Shown here: piece by piece, positions 30,127 to 39,091 of the stretch
Numbering within the stretch: position 1 is the first letter of the stretch
How the letters are laid out: each line of letters begins with the position of its first letter
Assembly (NCBI GenBank): GCA_051532035.1
Contig: JAOPTW010000033.1
Location: 1-64,000, forward strand
DNA from: Fibrobacterales bacterium
GTDB lineage: Bacteria > Fibrobacterota > Fibrobacteria > Fibrobacterales > JAOPTW01
Length of the DNA: 64,000 nucleotides
Direction of reading: 5' to 3'
Notes under the pieces: model-generated
Seen by the model: only the letters and a program-made list of their open reading frames with translations
What the model was told of the DNA's origin: nothing
Databases searched by the model: none
Translations under genes and position numbers: made by a program

Positions 30127-31734
30127 ATGATAGAGAAAATTAAGCATTTTTTCCGCTGGCTTGCGGAGGTCAAAACAGAGGATCCACTTCAGGCTCCTCG
30201 TGATTCCGCCATTAATGTACTCATAATCTTTTTTTTAGGGGCAACAGTAATCCTTCAGTTCTTGTTGGGTTATGAGGTATTTGTATTAGGTAAAGAGAAT
30301 CCCGGTTTTTGGGTCAATATGTTCACTTTATCACTCTATATTCTCTATTTCGTGCTCTACAAAAAAGGATATCGGCGAACATCTTTTACATTAATACTCA
30401 TCTATTTTATTGTAATAATGATTGACTCTGAGTTTACCTATGGCAATCTTTTTAATGCCTTTTTTGCTTATTTAGTTATTGCACTTGCTGGATTGTTTTT
30501 TAATATACGAGTCTCCTTTGGGATACTCTGTCTCTATTTAGGAACTATTGTACTTACAAGACATTTAGAATCAACTGGAAGTATTCCACCTTTTAAAAAG
30601 GTGACTGGGCATGAACTTATATTATGGTCGGCCATGATTGCAAGTGCAATACTCGTGATGATTCAAAGTGGCCTCTATACCCATAATATGCGCATTGCGA
30701 TTCAAAACGAATTGGCTCGTAAAAAAGAGCTTGAACAACAGAGAGAAAATCTGGAAAAAATGGTAATGGAGCGGACAAAACATCTGTTAGAGTCCAATGG
30801 TCAGCTAGAAGAGAGCCGCAATGAGATTGAACGACTGCACGAGCGACTTAAAAATGAATATAAGGAGCAGCATTCTGAGCTTGAAGAGGTAAAGGAGAAG
30901 GCTGGAAAAGTTGATCTCATTAGTGGAATGAATGAGATTACTTCATCAACCCTTCATAATGTCAAAAATATTATTAATAGTATAAATCTATCTATTGAAC
31001 AGGCAAAGAAAATTGAAGAAGGTGATGCTGTGCAAGCCCTCTACAAAGCAACTGATATGCTGCGTACAAATATTAACTCTATTGAAGATTTTATCGTACA
31101 TGATTCTCGTGGCAAAAAGCTTATGGAGTACTATCTTGCAATCGAGGAGATGTTTGAGGAAGAGATTGAGTATCATAAACGGAGTGTCGATAATCTTATT
31201 AAAAAGGTTGACTCTATGAATAGCATTATTACCACACAACAAGTCTATTCAGGGGTAAAAGAAAATGATTTGGTTTCTATTGAAGGGGTCGTTGATGATG
31301 CGCTTCAAATATTAGCTACGTCTCTTGAGGCAATAAAAATATCAGTGAATAAACAATTTGGCGCAGTACCAAAAATTGAAATTCATAAAGTAAAACTGGT
31401 TCATGTATTGGTTAATCTCATTAAGAATGCAATTGAAGCAATTTTTGAGGCAGAGGAAGGATTCGGAACTATAACTATTTCAACTGAAAAGATTGATGAT
31501 TCTATTGTGCTTAAAATATCTGATAATGGCCCGGGCATATTAGAGAGTGATCAAAGTAACCTTTTTGAATCAGGTTTTTCTACCAAAAGTGATGGCCATG
31601 GATTTGGACTGAGTTCAAGTAAACGGTATCTTGAAGAGATGGGAGCGCGCATTAGTGTTGAAAGTACGCCTCAATTAGGTACAACGTTTCGTATCTTTTT
31701 TTCACCAACTATTTCAGATGAATTAGTTGGGTAG
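30127..31734 (+). CDS. Orphan membrane sensor histidine kinase
   Basis: About 5-6 TM helices, coiled coil, H-box LHNVKN, NLIKNA, DNGPG, GHGFGL. Confidence 0.9.
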   Translation: MIEKIKHFFRWLAEVKTEDPLQAPRDSAINVLIIFFLGATVILQFLLGYEVFVLGKENPGFWVNMFTLSLYILYFVLYKKGYRRTSFTLILIYFIVIMIDSEFTYGNLFNAFFAYLVIALAGLFFNIRVSFGILCLYLGTIVLTRHLESTGSIPPFKKVTGHELILWSAMIASAILVMIQSGLYTHNMRIAIQNELARKKELEQQRENLEKMVMERTKHLLESNGQLEESRNEIERLHERLKNEYKEQHSELEEVKEKAGKVDLISGMNEITSSTLHNVKNIINSINLSIEQAKKIEEGDAVQALYKATDMLRTNINSIEDFIVHDSRGKKLMEYYLAIEEMFEEEIEYHKRSVDNLIKKVDSMNSIITTQQVYSGVKENDLVSIEGVVDDALQILATSLEAIKISVNKQFGAVPKIEIHKVKLVHVLVNLIKNAIEAIFEAEEGFGTITISTEKIDDSIVLKISDNGPGILESDQSNLFESGFSTKSDGHGFGLSSSKRYLEEMGARISVESTPQLGTTFRIFFSPTISDELVG

Positions 31735-31749
31735 ATGGTGCCCTCATTA

Positions 31750-32196
31750 TCAATCAGATTGTTTTTTTAAGAGTGCCGCGTAGGCGGTATTTGTTGTTCT
31801 TAAGCGTCGGCTAATATTGCGGGCACAGTTCATGATCATCATTAAATAGGTATCGACAGAAGACTGTTTTACAGAAATGATGTCTTTGTTGCAGAGTGAG
31901 ACAGTAGTGACGTCGGTATCTGTAGTAATAGTAGCAGATCGAGGCATGATATCGATAAGATGCATTTCACCAAAACTTTCACCTTCATGAAGCACAGCAA
32001 TTTTCTCGCCATCGACATATACTGAGACAGAGCCCTCAATAATCATATAGACCCGTTCACTTCTGTCGCCCTGGGTGACAATGTCGTGCCCTAGATGAAA
32101 AGTCTCTTCGGTAAGAACATTGTGAATGATCTCCATTTGGTCGACTCTGAGGCCTCCAAAGAGTGAGTAATTTTTTAGGTTGGTAACATCAATCAT
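31750..32196 (-). CDS. Stand-alone cyclic-nucleotide-binding domain protein
   Basis: GESFGEM....PRSAT; no HTH. Confidence 0.85.
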   Translation of the reverse strand: MIDVTNLKNYSLFGGLRVDQMEIIHNVLTEETFHLGHDIVTQGDRSERVYMIIEGSVSVYVDGEKIAVLHEGESFGEMHLIDIMPRSATITTDTDVTTVSLCNKDIISVKQSSVDTYLMMIMNCARNISRRLRTTNTAYAALLKKQSD

Positions 32197-32292
32197 CGAA
32201 ATCTTTCCCGTTAAGCTATTCCTTTTAAAAGAATATACTAATTCCAACGAGTCACATTTAGAAAAAAGTAAGGGTGATATGATCAGTGGCGG

Positions 32293-32934
32293 TTATAAAA
32301 ATTCAATGATATCTGAAGGCTTACACGCAAACTTAGTGCAGCCTGCAGATTTGAGTTCATCAAGAGTGCCATAGCCCCAGGTGACTCCAATGGGTACGAC
32401 GCCATTTTCTATAGCTCCGGTAATATCGTGGCTTCGGTCTCCGACCATTACTGTTTCTAAGGGGTCAATGCTCTCTTTTCGAAGGATGTGGGCAAGGAGC
32501 TCGGTTTTGTTACTCAGACTGTTGTCGAGGTTACTTCCATAGACGTTGTTGAAATAGATGGTACAGTCAAAATGTTCAATAATTTGTCTTGCGAATACCT
32601 GTGGTTTAGAGGTTGCAATATAAAGTGCACCGGTGCCATTCAGGCGCATGAGTAGACTAAGAATACCATCGTAGAGTTTATTTTCGAATTTACCTACATC
32701 GGCAAATCGCTCTCGGTAGGCGGTAATACAGCGTTCAATTTCGACACTATCTTTTGTTGCAAGTAATGTCTCAAAGATTACAGGGAGTGGGGGGCCAATG
32801 AGTTCTTTAAGAGTTGCTGTATCGGGTATCGGGTGTTCGCATTTTTCAAGTGCGTGCTTAAGGCACTTGATGATTCCCTCTTGAGAATCAGTTATGGTGC
32901 CGTCGAGATCAAAGAGAATATTTTTAATAGCCAT
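32293..32934 (-). CDS. HAD-superfamily phosphatase
   Basis: FDLDGT, ATSK, VGDRSHD. Confidence 0.9.
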   Translation of the reverse strand: MAIKNILFDLDGTITDSQEGIIKCLKHALEKCEHPIPDTATLKELIGPPLPVIFETLLATKDSVEIERCITAYRERFADVGKFENKLYDGILSLLMRLNGTGALYIATSKPQVFARQIIEHFDCTIYFNNVYGSNLDNSLSNKTELLAHILRKESIDPLETVMVGDRSHDITGAIENGVVPIGVTWGYGTLDELKSAGCTKFACKPSDIIEFL

Positions 32935-33044
32935 AGATGCCTGCTAGTAGAGAATAAAACATGTATAGAATGAAATGTAATATATAATGAATAGTAAAAA
33001 CCACCTTGTTAGAGGATTTTTGCCAAGATGGTACGTGATCATTG

Positions 33045-35675
33045 CTATGGGTATGCTTCTAAGAGAAGACCTTTAATGGTTTGATAATCTGTTTTACCAG
33101 TGCCCAAGACAGGAATAAATTCGACAACAAGCACCTTTTTAATATTGTAGAGTGTCGGGAGGCCTTCACTTCTAAGAAGATCATTAATATACTCACGAGC
33201 AAGGTCCTCTGTGGTTAGCAATACAATCTCTTGATATTCATCGGGGCCGATAACATCAATTGCTATCGCAGGGCCCTCATCGGTTCCTGGGTAGTGTTGT
33301 TGAAGTGCCGCTTCAATTGCAGGAAGTGAGACCATTTCACCAGCGAGTTTAATAAATCGTTTGAGTCGCCCCTTAAAAGTAAGGAGACCATCGGAGCCTT
33401 CTGATACGAGATCACCAGTATTATAATAGATCTCGCCTTTATACTCAATAAAAGGGGATACACCGTCAAAGTTAAGGTACCCATTAAAAATACTGGTACC
33501 TTTTACAATGAGAAGACCTTCCTGACCTGGGGCAACTTCTACATGGGTTTCATGGTGAATAATATGGTAGGTGAGAGAAGGCATAACATACCCAATTGAG
33601 CCGGGTACTGATGCTTCTACTTTATTAGCACTGACTACAGGTGAGCACTCGGTGATACCATAGCCTTCGATTATTACGGCTTTGGGGCAAAGTTCACTAA
33701 ATTTTTCGTAGACATAGTCTGGGCATTTTTCGGCACCAACAACAGCAAGGCGCGTTGTTTTAAGCCCTTCGTCTGTTGTAGACCGAAGAATCCCATTGAG
33801 AAATGTAGGGGTGCCAAAAAGAACTGTTGGCTTATACGCTTGGATGATGGTTGCAAGAAGGGCCCCTTCTGTGGGGTTTGCATGGTAAACCGTCTTCATG
33901 TTGGTCACGAGAGGCAGCACGACCCCTATAGCGATTCCAAATGAATGGAATGGAGGGAGCATACTCAATAGGGAGTCATCTTTGCGTAGGTCGATAATTT
34001 TGGTGTAATCTCGGTAGTTAGCAATTAGGTTTGCATGGGTAAGGGGGACGGCTTTGGGTTTTGACTCTGAACCACTAGTAAAGAGTACAACAGCGGTATC
34101 ATTTTCAGTGGGTGTAAAAAAGGATTTTAAGTTGAATCGTGCATTAATAAGAGCTGATATTTTTTGAACAATCCCAACCTTACTGATGAGGTCCTCGAGT
34201 ATAAACCATTCACAGGAGAGTTGTTCTTGCTTAAACCCTTGGGTTTTTATTTTGTCGAGGAGCTTTTTAGCGGTGATAATCGTGCGGGTGTCGGTGTTCA
34301 AAAGACCGTGTTGAATATTGACCTCTCCAGAGGTCCAATTTATCATAATAGGGACTTTGCCAGCGGCAAGTACTGCGAAATAGAGTACAGTGGCAGTAAC
34401 TGATGCAGGGAGCATTATGGCGACTTGTTTTTCTGGAATTGCTTCTATAAATGGTTTTAAAACCATCATTGAAACAAGAATGTCATTATAGGTTCTATTG
34501 CCACTGGTTTGATCGGCAATGATCACTTTCTTAGGATTACGCTTTGCTTGTGCGAGAAAGAGCTCAAGGATTGTAGAGCCGGCGAGTGGTTCAATTCTAC
34601 CGGTTGGCATGGTCTCAAACCATTGTTTATGAATGAGGTTTCTATTAATTGCAGTACTATCGAGTGAGACTCCTGTTGCTGCGAGTACGAGCGAACCAAC
34701 ACTCTGCAAACTCTCAATAGAACTAATAGAGGTTGTATACTCTGATTCGAGCCAGGTAACCAGTTCGACCATACCGAGGCTATCGATACCGAGATCTTTA
34801 TTAAGTGAATGGTTGATAGTAACTTTGGAGCGGCCAGTCATATCTTTGACTTTATCTATGATAGCATTTTTAATAGTGTCGGGGATATTGTCGAGATCTG
34901 TCGACTGAACACTATTTTTGGGTTCCGGCTTAACTACAGCGTGATACCCTTGCCACCAAAAGTAGGGTTTATAGGTGTTGGGAACAATACGCTTGTTGTA
35001 GAATTTGGAAAGGTAGGCGTAGATAGCAGTGCGCCCTTTGTCGAGAGGTATGTCATCAGGCTGTTCAAAGGTGATGGATACTGAACGTTTGGGCATGAAA
35101 AACCCAAGATTGCAGATAATGGCTAAGAGGTTGCGCTTCCAATAGGTGAAAAGGCCTGGAGGGTGCCCCCCTGCCCAACTGAAACTACTCCCCCAGAGAC
35201 CGTCTGTTTTTACCAGTACAATATTAACATCAGGAACTTCTGCAAGAATACGTGAAAGGCTACTTTTGCCACTTAAGTCTTCATGAGTACTTCGGTAGAG
35301 CTGACCTGAAGGGTAAAGGAGAACATTTTCACCTTCTTTCAGGCAGGTGTTTACTCGGTTCATGCTCTCTATAACCGAATCTCTGACACTTATCCCGCTC
35401 TTTTTTATGTCGGGAATAGGAATGAGATTAAACTCTTTAATGATGTTTCCCACGATAGGAATATCAATTTGACTCTCATCGGCAAGAGCATGTGGTTTAA
35501 ATTTTTTGAAAAGTATCGATTGCATCAAGACTGGGTCGATCAGAGCTGGGTGATTGGGGAGAAAGAGAAACCCTTTATCACTTTTTTTGGTCAGGGTGTC
35601 GAGACCCGATAAAGTGACTCTGTATCGGAGGCGTAAAACAGTGTTCGTTACGAAATAGAGAAGAGAAGCGATCAT
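33045..35675 (-). CDS. Aas-like acyltransferase + acyl carrier + AMP-dependent acyl ligase
   Basis: NHPALID (HX4D), LYPSG; DLGIDSLGMVEL; FTSGSESKPK, EGYGITE, YNTGD, GRLKRF. Confidence 0.85.
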   Translation of the reverse strand: MIASLLYFVTNTVLRLRYRVTLSGLDTLTKKSDKGFLFLPNHPALIDPVLMQSILFKKFKPHALADESQIDIPIVGNIIKEFNLIPIPDIKKSGISVRDSVIESMNRVNTCLKEGENVLLYPSGQLYRSTHEDLSGKSSLSRILAEVPDVNIVLVKTDGLWGSSFSWAGGHPPGLFTYWKRNLLAIICNLGFFMPKRSVSITFEQPDDIPLDKGRTAIYAYLSKFYNKRIVPNTYKPYFWWQGYHAVVKPEPKNSVQSTDLDNIPDTIKNAIIDKVKDMTGRSKVTINHSLNKDLGIDSLGMVELVTWLESEYTTSISSIESLQSVGSLVLAATGVSLDSTAINRNLIHKQWFETMPTGRIEPLAGSTILELFLAQAKRNPKKVIIADQTSGNRTYNDILVSMMVLKPFIEAIPEKQVAIMLPASVTATVLYFAVLAAGKVPIMINWTSGEVNIQHGLLNTDTRTIITAKKLLDKIKTQGFKQEQLSCEWFILEDLISKVGIVQKISALINARFNLKSFFTPTENDTAVVLFTSGSESKPKAVPLTHANLIANYRDYTKIIDLRKDDSLLSMLPPFHSFGIAIGVVLPLVTNMKTVYHANPTEGALLATIIQAYKPTVLFGTPTFLNGILRSTTDEGLKTTRLAVVGAEKCPDYVYEKFSELCPKAVIIEGYGITECSPVVSANKVEASVPGSIGYVMPSLTYHIIHHETHVEVAPGQEGLLIVKGTSIFNGYLNFDGVSPFIEYKGEIYYNTGDLVSEGSDGLLTFKGRLKRFIKLAGEMVSLPAIEAALQQHYPGTDEGPAIAIDVIGPDEYQEIVLLTTEDLAREYINDLLRSEGLPTLYNIKKVLVVEFIPVLGTGKTDYQTIKGLLLEAYP

Positions 35676-35765
35676 ACGATAAATCCATGGTATTTTGATG
35701 AAATATACAATAAAATTGAAGAAGAGAGGGAGGTATGCTGCTTCCTTATTTAGGGTGGATAGACT

Positions 35766-37331
35766 ATGAAACGAGAAATTATGCTTCAGCAATTGCGCGA
35801 GCAATGTAAAACCCCTTTTGATGTTATTGTTATTGGGGGTGGAGCCAGTGGGTTGGGTACGGCCGTTGATGCTGCGAGTAGAGGATATAATACCCTTGTA
35901 ATTGAGCAAAGCGACTTTGCTAAGGGTACTTCGAGTCGTTCAACAAAACTGGTACACGGTGGTGTGCGCTATTTAGCTCAAGGTGATATTTCTCTGGTTC
36001 TCGAAGCGCTTCGCGAGCGTGGTATTCTTCTTAAAAACGCCCCCCATTTAGTGACCGATCAATCGTTTATCATACCCAACTACACCTGGTGGGATGGTCC
36101 CTTTTATACCGTTGGCATGAAGGTATACGATACTATGGCAGGTAAATTGGGCCTGGGCCCTTCAGTTCATGTTTCTAAAGAAAAAGTGCTTGAGCATATC
36201 CCCAACTTAAAAGAAGAAGGACTTCAGGGCGGGGTGCGATACTATGACGGTCAATTTGATGATGCACGCCTTGCAGTAAACCTTGCTCAAACTGCAGTAG
36301 ACTATGGAGCACTTGCACTCAATTATATGAAAGTGGTTGAGTTGACTAAAGATGAGATGGGAATGGTGATAGGGGTTGTGTTAGAAGATACTCTTACGGG
36401 TGATCAGCATAGTGTGCTGGCCCGCTCGGTAGTCAATGCAACGGGAGTATTTGCTGATACCATTTTACAGATGGATGACCCTACTGCAAAAACTACAATA
36501 AAACCATCCCAAGGAGTGCACGTGGTACTGGATCGCTCTTTTCTAAAAGGGAGTGATGCTATAATGATTCCAAAAACCAGTGATGGTCGAGTGCTGTTTG
36601 CGGTGCCATGGAAAAATCGTGTGGTTGTTGGAACCACAGATACTGAGCTCGATACCATTTCATTAGAACCAAGGGCTCTCGAGGAAGAGGTCTCGTTTAT
36701 TCTCGACACTGCCGCAGAGTATTTGGTTAAAGCACCCAATCGCTCAGATGTACTCAGTGTTTTTGCTGGTCTTCGACCGCTTGCTGCGCCCGAAGAGGAT
36801 GGTGGGGCGACAAAAGAAATATCACGAGGGCACAAAATTTTTGTTTCTCTCTCTGGATTAGTTTCGGTAACGGGAGGCAAGTGGACAACCTATCGCAAAA
36901 TGGCTCAAGATGCTGTGGATAAAGCGGTGCTTGTTGGTGGCCTTCATGAGAAGCCGTGTCTTACCGAGAGTTTAAGCATTCATGGATATCGGCAGCAGTT
37001 TGATACGGCTGACCCTCTTTCAATGTATGGGTCTGATGCTGTGGGTATTAAAGAGTTGATTGCAGAAAATCCGGGACTGGGGGTGCCACTTATTGACTCA
37101 TTTGATTTTTGTGCAGCAGAAGTTATTTGGATATGCAGGCATGAAATGGTGTGTAGGGTCGAGGACCTTCTTGCGCGTAGGTTCAGAGCGCTCCTTCTTG
37201 ATGCTCGGGCAAGTATTGAACTTGCAGAAAGGGTAGCTCCTATTATGGCAGAGGAGCTTGGCTATGATCGTACATGGATAGATACAGAGTTAGAGGACTA
37301 TAAGCAATTAGTCAGCGGGTATCTATTATAA
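35766..37331 (+). CDS. glpD: FAD-dependent glycerol-3-phosphate dehydrogenase
   Basis: IGGGASG, GTSSRSTKLVHGGVRYL, GGKWTTYR. Confidence 0.93.
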   Translation: MKREIMLQQLREQCKTPFDVIVIGGGASGLGTAVDAASRGYNTLVIEQSDFAKGTSSRSTKLVHGGVRYLAQGDISLVLEALRERGILLKNAPHLVTDQSFIIPNYTWWDGPFYTVGMKVYDTMAGKLGLGPSVHVSKEKVLEHIPNLKEEGLQGGVRYYDGQFDDARLAVNLAQTAVDYGALALNYMKVVELTKDEMGMVIGVVLEDTLTGDQHSVLARSVVNATGVFADTILQMDDPTAKTTIKPSQGVHVVLDRSFLKGSDAIMIPKTSDGRVLFAVPWKNRVVVGTTDTELDTISLEPRALEEEVSFILDTAAEYLVKAPNRSDVLSVFAGLRPLAAPEEDGGATKEISRGHKIFVSLSGLVSVTGGKWTTYRKMAQDAVDKAVLVGGLHEKPCLTESLSIHGYRQQFDTADPLSMYGSDAVGIKELIAENPGLGVPLIDSFDFCAAEVIWICRHEMVCRVEDLLARRFRALLLDARASIELAERVAPIMAEELGYDRTWIDTELEDYKQLVSGYLL

Positions 37332-37343
37332 CTCGTTAGCCTT

Positions 37344-37565
37344 TCATGAGCCTTTGCGTAGGGTTATTACTTTCATGACAGTGAGTCGTATTAAAAGTAT
37401 CCAGGGTACTCCATGAAAAAGTACATCAAACCAATCTATGGCTTGTAATTGTTGAGAACTATCAATAAGCCATCGAAGCTTTTCTACAAGATGGGGCTCA
37501 GGCAAAAAAGGTGCGAGCCCAAGGGTTGCACAAAGAAGCATTACAAAAGGCCATTGATTATGCAT
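37344..37565 (-). CDS. Small membrane protein
   Basis: LGLAPF.PEPHL.EKL.W...DWFD...HG.PW; 3 bp downstream of the desaturase-like gene. Confidence 0.7.
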   Translation of the reverse strand: MHNQWPFVMLLCATLGLAPFLPEPHLVEKLRWLIDSSQQLQAIDWFDVLFHGVPWILLIRLTVMKVITLRKGS

Positions 37566-37568
37566 AGG

Positions 37569-38441
37569 TTAGCTCCGTTTAAAAGGGTGCAGTGATTGGG
37601 CGATAAAGGTACTTGGCATATCAGAATCACCTGGGTAGCCAAGCTCAATGTCTCTTCCATCGGAAGGTTGATAGACGGTGCGAAAAAGATAGTCCCAAAT
37701 ACTGAGGGTAATGCCAAAGTTTGCTCCAAAGCGGTAAGGTTGGGGCAGTTTTTTTGAGTGATGCCAGATATGCATTTTTGGGTTGTTGAATAGGTATTTA
37801 AGCGGTCCATAATCCCAACCAACATTGGCGTGGTTAAGGTGCCCAATAGCAACGGTTGCAATATGTACCATAAAGAAGTCATCAATGCCAAAGCCCAAGA
37901 GTGACACGGGAATAAATCGAATGACTTTGTAGAAAATGTTTTCCATCCAGTGATACCGAAGGTGGGCGGCAAAGCCCATTTCTTTGACGGAGTGGTGTAC
38001 TGCATGAAACCGCCATAAGAAATTTGACCGGTGGAGGAGCTGATGGGTGCCCCAAGAGATGAGGTCGACGAGTAGAAATAGAATGCCCATTTGGACCCAG
38101 CTTGGGAGTGAGTGAAGAGGGATTAGTTGGAGGGATTCAATTCCGATTGATTGAAGTATATCATGAAAGAGTGCGACGCCTAGGTGTGAGAGGGCGTTAT
38201 AAACAATGAGTGAAAAGAGGAAAAAGTTGAAAAACATATAGAACCCATCGAGCCAAAAATCACGTCGAAACAGTGGTTGCCTTTTGCGCCAGGGGAGTAT
38301 AATTTCTAGGGACCATACAATGAGGGATAAACCAATGAGCCAGTAAAAATAGTTGTGTAGCGATGGGTGGGTCATCTCTTTGAACAGAAACGAAGCGTAA
38401 TTCCTATACGCTGATTCTATGATTGAAACGTATCGATCCAT
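37569..38441 (-). CDS. Sterol desaturase/fatty-acid hydroxylase family protein
   Basis: His boxes HQLLH, HAVHHS, HLNHAN, HIWHH. Confidence 0.9.
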   Translation of the reverse strand: MDRYVSIIESAYRNYASFLFKEMTHPSLHNYFYWLIGLSLIVWSLEIILPWRKRQPLFRRDFWLDGFYMFFNFFLFSLIVYNALSHLGVALFHDILQSIGIESLQLIPLHSLPSWVQMGILFLLVDLISWGTHQLLHRSNFLWRFHAVHHSVKEMGFAAHLRYHWMENIFYKVIRFIPVSLLGFGIDDFFMVHIATVAIGHLNHANVGWDYGPLKYLFNNPKMHIWHHSKKLPQPYRFGANFGITLSIWDYLFRTVYQPSDGRDIELGYPGDSDMPSTFIAQSLHPFKRS

Positions 38442-38499
38442 GTACTACTCGTAGTTTTCGCCGATGCGGCTATATATGTTGTGGGATTAATAGCTAGGG

Positions 38500-38934
38500 T
38501 CATTGTATAATAACCTCCTCCAAACGCACATCAATAATGAGGGTGGCATTGGGGCCTATTTTTTTACCGGCACCCCGTTTACCCCAGGCGAGGTCAGGGG
38601 GAATGATACATTTAAATCGTGACCCCTCAGGCATCATAAGAAGGCCTTCGCGGTATCCCTCAATAGCTTCGGATAAGGGGAATGTAGTGGGTTTATCTTT
38701 ATAGGTATCGGCAACAATGGTTCCATCAACCAGTGAGATTCGTTGATTAACAGTCACAGAATCGGACTCTTCTGGGCAAATACCCTCTTTCATATCTATT
38801 ACAGAATAGAGCATTCCTGAGGGAGTCTCTTGGTAGTCGGCGTGATTACGCATTTTCTCAAAATAGGCATCACTATTTTTGCGATTTTGCCCTTGAGATC
38901 CTTTGCCTTTTGGTTTTGTTTTTCCACGTGCCAT
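38500..38934 (-). CDS. FKBP-type peptidyl-prolyl isomerase
   Basis: T.SG..Y, IPPDLAWG, IGPNATLIIDV. Confidence 0.9.
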   Translation of the reverse strand: MARGKTKPKGKGSQGQNRKNSDAYFEKMRNHADYQETPSGMLYSVIDMKEGICPEESDSVTVNQRISLVDGTIVADTYKDKPTTFPLSEAIEGYREGLLMMPEGSRFKCIIPPDLAWGKRGAGKKIGPNATLIIDVRLEEVIIQ

Positions 38935-39091
38935 AGCTTAATAATACATTATGTTTGATATGTGGCGAATAAGGTAATGAGCCTCGAGTTAAAAAGGTGT
39001 AAAGAATTGTGTAACATCAAAATAGTTATTGTGTTTTGAACAAAAAAACTGATATTTAAGCCACACAACACATAAGGCACAGGAGACTGAA

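Noticed and set aside
35676..35909. Apparent head-to-head overlap of the Aas-like ORF with glpD
   Set aside because: Artefact of longest-ORF calling; the likely start is ATG 35675. The same applies to N-terminal extensions at 15530, 18931, 46025, 57071, 57561, 60081 and 62534.
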